Of a stretch of DNA of 27,692 nucleotides, positions 26,394 through 27,692 are shown piece after piece. The position numbers and the translations under genes were made by a program. The first letter of the stretch is position 1. Each line of letters opens with the position of its first letter. Where the stretch lies: NCBI GenBank assembly GCA_913020725.1, contig CAJWCD010000036.1, positions 1-27,692 on the forward strand, read 5' to 3'. Under the pieces are notes generated by a model that was not told the DNA's origin, made no database searches, and saw only the letters and a program-made list of their open reading frames with translations. Source of the stretch: an uncultured Pseudomonadota bacterium (lineage in GTDB: Bacteria > SAR324 > NAC60-12).

Positions 26394-27391
26394 TGAGCAA
26401 CCGCCACAGGACGGTTCCCCTGCAACGACTCATTCGCGGCCAAGGCGATCAACACCGGAGCCAGGCCGTCGTTGCCGGAAACCGGAGTCGGGGTGTCGTT
26501 GCGAACTGCGTTGACGAACGCCTGCATTTCTGCCACAAACGCCGTCTGGTAGCGTTGCAGAAAGAAGTAGAGTGGCTTGTCCCTCACGGTTCCGGATTCG
26601 CTCATCACCACCATCGAGGTCGGCGTGTTGTTGTCCGCCAAGGCCGTGCCCTTGGAACCGAACACTTCGATGCGCTGGTCGTAACCGTACACCGCCTTGC
26701 GGCTGTTCTCGATGATGCCGAGGGCACCGTTGGCAAATTTCAGGGAAATCAACGCCGTGTCAATGTCTCCCGCCTTGCCGATTTCCGGATCCACCAGCAC
26801 GGCTCCCCGCGCATAGACCTCTGTGACTTCGCTACCGCTGAGAAAGCGGGCCATGTCGAAATCGTGAATCGTCATGTCCAGAAACAGCCCCCCGGAACTG
26901 GCGGCGTATTCGGCAGACGGCGGCAACGGATCGCGGGAGGTGATGCGGATCACATGCGGAGCACCCAATGCTCCAGAAGCTACCTGCTGCTGCACTGCCG
27001 CAAAACTCGGATCGAAGCGGCGATTGAAACCCACCTGCAATTTGACCCCGGTTTTTTCGACTTCGGCGAGCGCGTTCCGGATCACTTCCGGATCGAGCGC
27101 AATCGGCTTCTCACAGAAGATATGCTTGCCCGCTTGGGCACATTCGATCATTTGCGGGGCGTGCTGCGGCGAGGGCGAGCCGATCAAAACGGCATCAATT
27201 TCCGGGTCATCGAGGATCATGCGATGGTCGTTTCCCGTGACCGGGATACTCCGGGAGGCAGCCCAGGCCTCATCCAGAAACGGATCAGTGATCGTCTTTA
27301 GTCGAACGCCCTCCACACGGTTGAGGAGGTTGCCGGCGTGGAGCTTGCCAATGCGGCCGGCCCCGATGATGCCCATGGTGATGAGAGTCAT
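26390..27391 (-). CDS. iolG: Myo-inositol 2-dehydrogenase (Gfo/Idh/MocA family)
   Basis: [50 protein letters not shown] and FFLQRY. RBS AAGGA upstream. Confidence 0.9.
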   Translation of the reverse strand: MTLITMGIIGAGRIGKLHAGNLLNRVEGVRLKTITDPFLDEAWAASRSIPVTGNDHRMILDDPEIDAVLIGSPSPQHAPQMIECAQAGKHIFCEKPIALDPEVIRNALAEVEKTGVKLQVGFNRRFDPSFAAVQQQVASGALGAPHVIRITSRDPLPPSAEYAASSGGLFLDMTIHDFDMARFLSGSEVTEVYARGAVLVDPEIGKAGDIDTALISLKFANGALGIIENSRKAVYGYDQRIEVFGSKGTALADNNTPTSMVVMSESGTVRDKPLYFFLQRYQTAFVAEMQAFVNAVRNDTPTPVSGNDGLAPVLIALAANESLQGNRPVAVAQ

Positions 27392-27433
27392 GAAAAACCT
27401 GCTTCCTTTTCTTGGGGTTCTACTGATTCACTG

Positions 27434-27454
27434 ATGTTACGCAGAGCGTAATAT
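27434..27454. promoter_or_regulatory. Inverted repeat upstream of iolG, candidate operator or small hairpin
   Basis: ATGTTACGC-AGA-GCGTAATAT (8 of 9 symmetric), 43-63 bp upstream of the iolG start. Confidence 0.4.
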
Positions 27455-27551
27455 GCTGAAATTCTTTGGAAAATTTATTTTACATTCTACTGGTAAAACC
27501 TTCGCCTTCAGGCGGAACCGCTTTAGCGTCCTTCTCCATCATGTTATAATG

Positions 27552-27692
27552 TGCGGATTCAACTCGTAAGTGCAACAGGTGGTTTGATTCCGGAGAATAG
27601 CTGATTTGGAGTCTTGAAGCCAAGACATTTCCGTGGCCGGTTGTTGAGTCGGTCCATGATGCTGCGGACCTTCTCAAGTGTGAGAGTCCGGA
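27552..27692 (-). mobile_element. Right end of an IS30-family insertion sequence (runs off the window)
   Basis: Terminal 26 bp TGCGGATTCAACTCGTAAGTGCAACA (27552-27577) resembles the IS30 terminal repeat TGTAGATTCAA...TGCAACA. The transposase stop codon lies inside it, as is usual for this family. Confidence 0.88.
27559..27690 (-). CDS. IS30-family transposase, C-terminal fragment (partial, not in the ORF track)
   Basis: Manual translation gives RTLTLEKVRSIMDRLNNRPRKCLGFKTPNQLFSGIKPPVALTS*. LNNRPRK.LG.KTP is the IS30 C-terminal signature. Confidence 0.9.
   Translation of the reverse strand, partial: RTLTLEKVRSIMDRLNNRPRKCLGFKTPNQLFSGIKPPVALTS

Overview
GC-rich bacterial chromosomal segment, mostly metabolic and housekeeping genes, with no rRNA, tRNA or CRISPR array seen. 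From left to right: a doubly frameshifted, truncated WD40-repeat gene remnant; an orphan LivK-type ABC substrate-binding protein; maleylacetoacetate isomerase; a five-gene operon (xanthine-dehydrogenase-family FAD subunit, fused 2Fe-2S/molybdopterin subunit, 6-hydroxynicotinate reductase, opine-dehydrogenase-family protein, 3-hydroxyacyl-CoA dehydrogenase); a zur-znuC-znuB / znuA zinc uptake locus with a clear promoter and Zur box, followed by a cupin; a heptad-repeat membrane-anchored coiled-coil gene broken by one in-frame TGA; lysS; a secreted hypothetical protein; a TPR protein, rpoZ and a membrane protein; a 989-aa fusion of a SerC-like aminotransferase with a SerA-like dehydrogenase; zinc-independent-type hemB preceded by heptamer repeats; dihydroorotase; an SDR and iolG; and the right end of an IS30-family element at the window edge. 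The best candidates for something undescribed are the nicotinate-type operon, which lacks enamidase but carries an opine dehydrogenase, the SerC-SerA-like fusion, and a ZnuA whose first zinc-ligand His is replaced by Tyr. All family calls come from motif recognition by eye; no database search was run.
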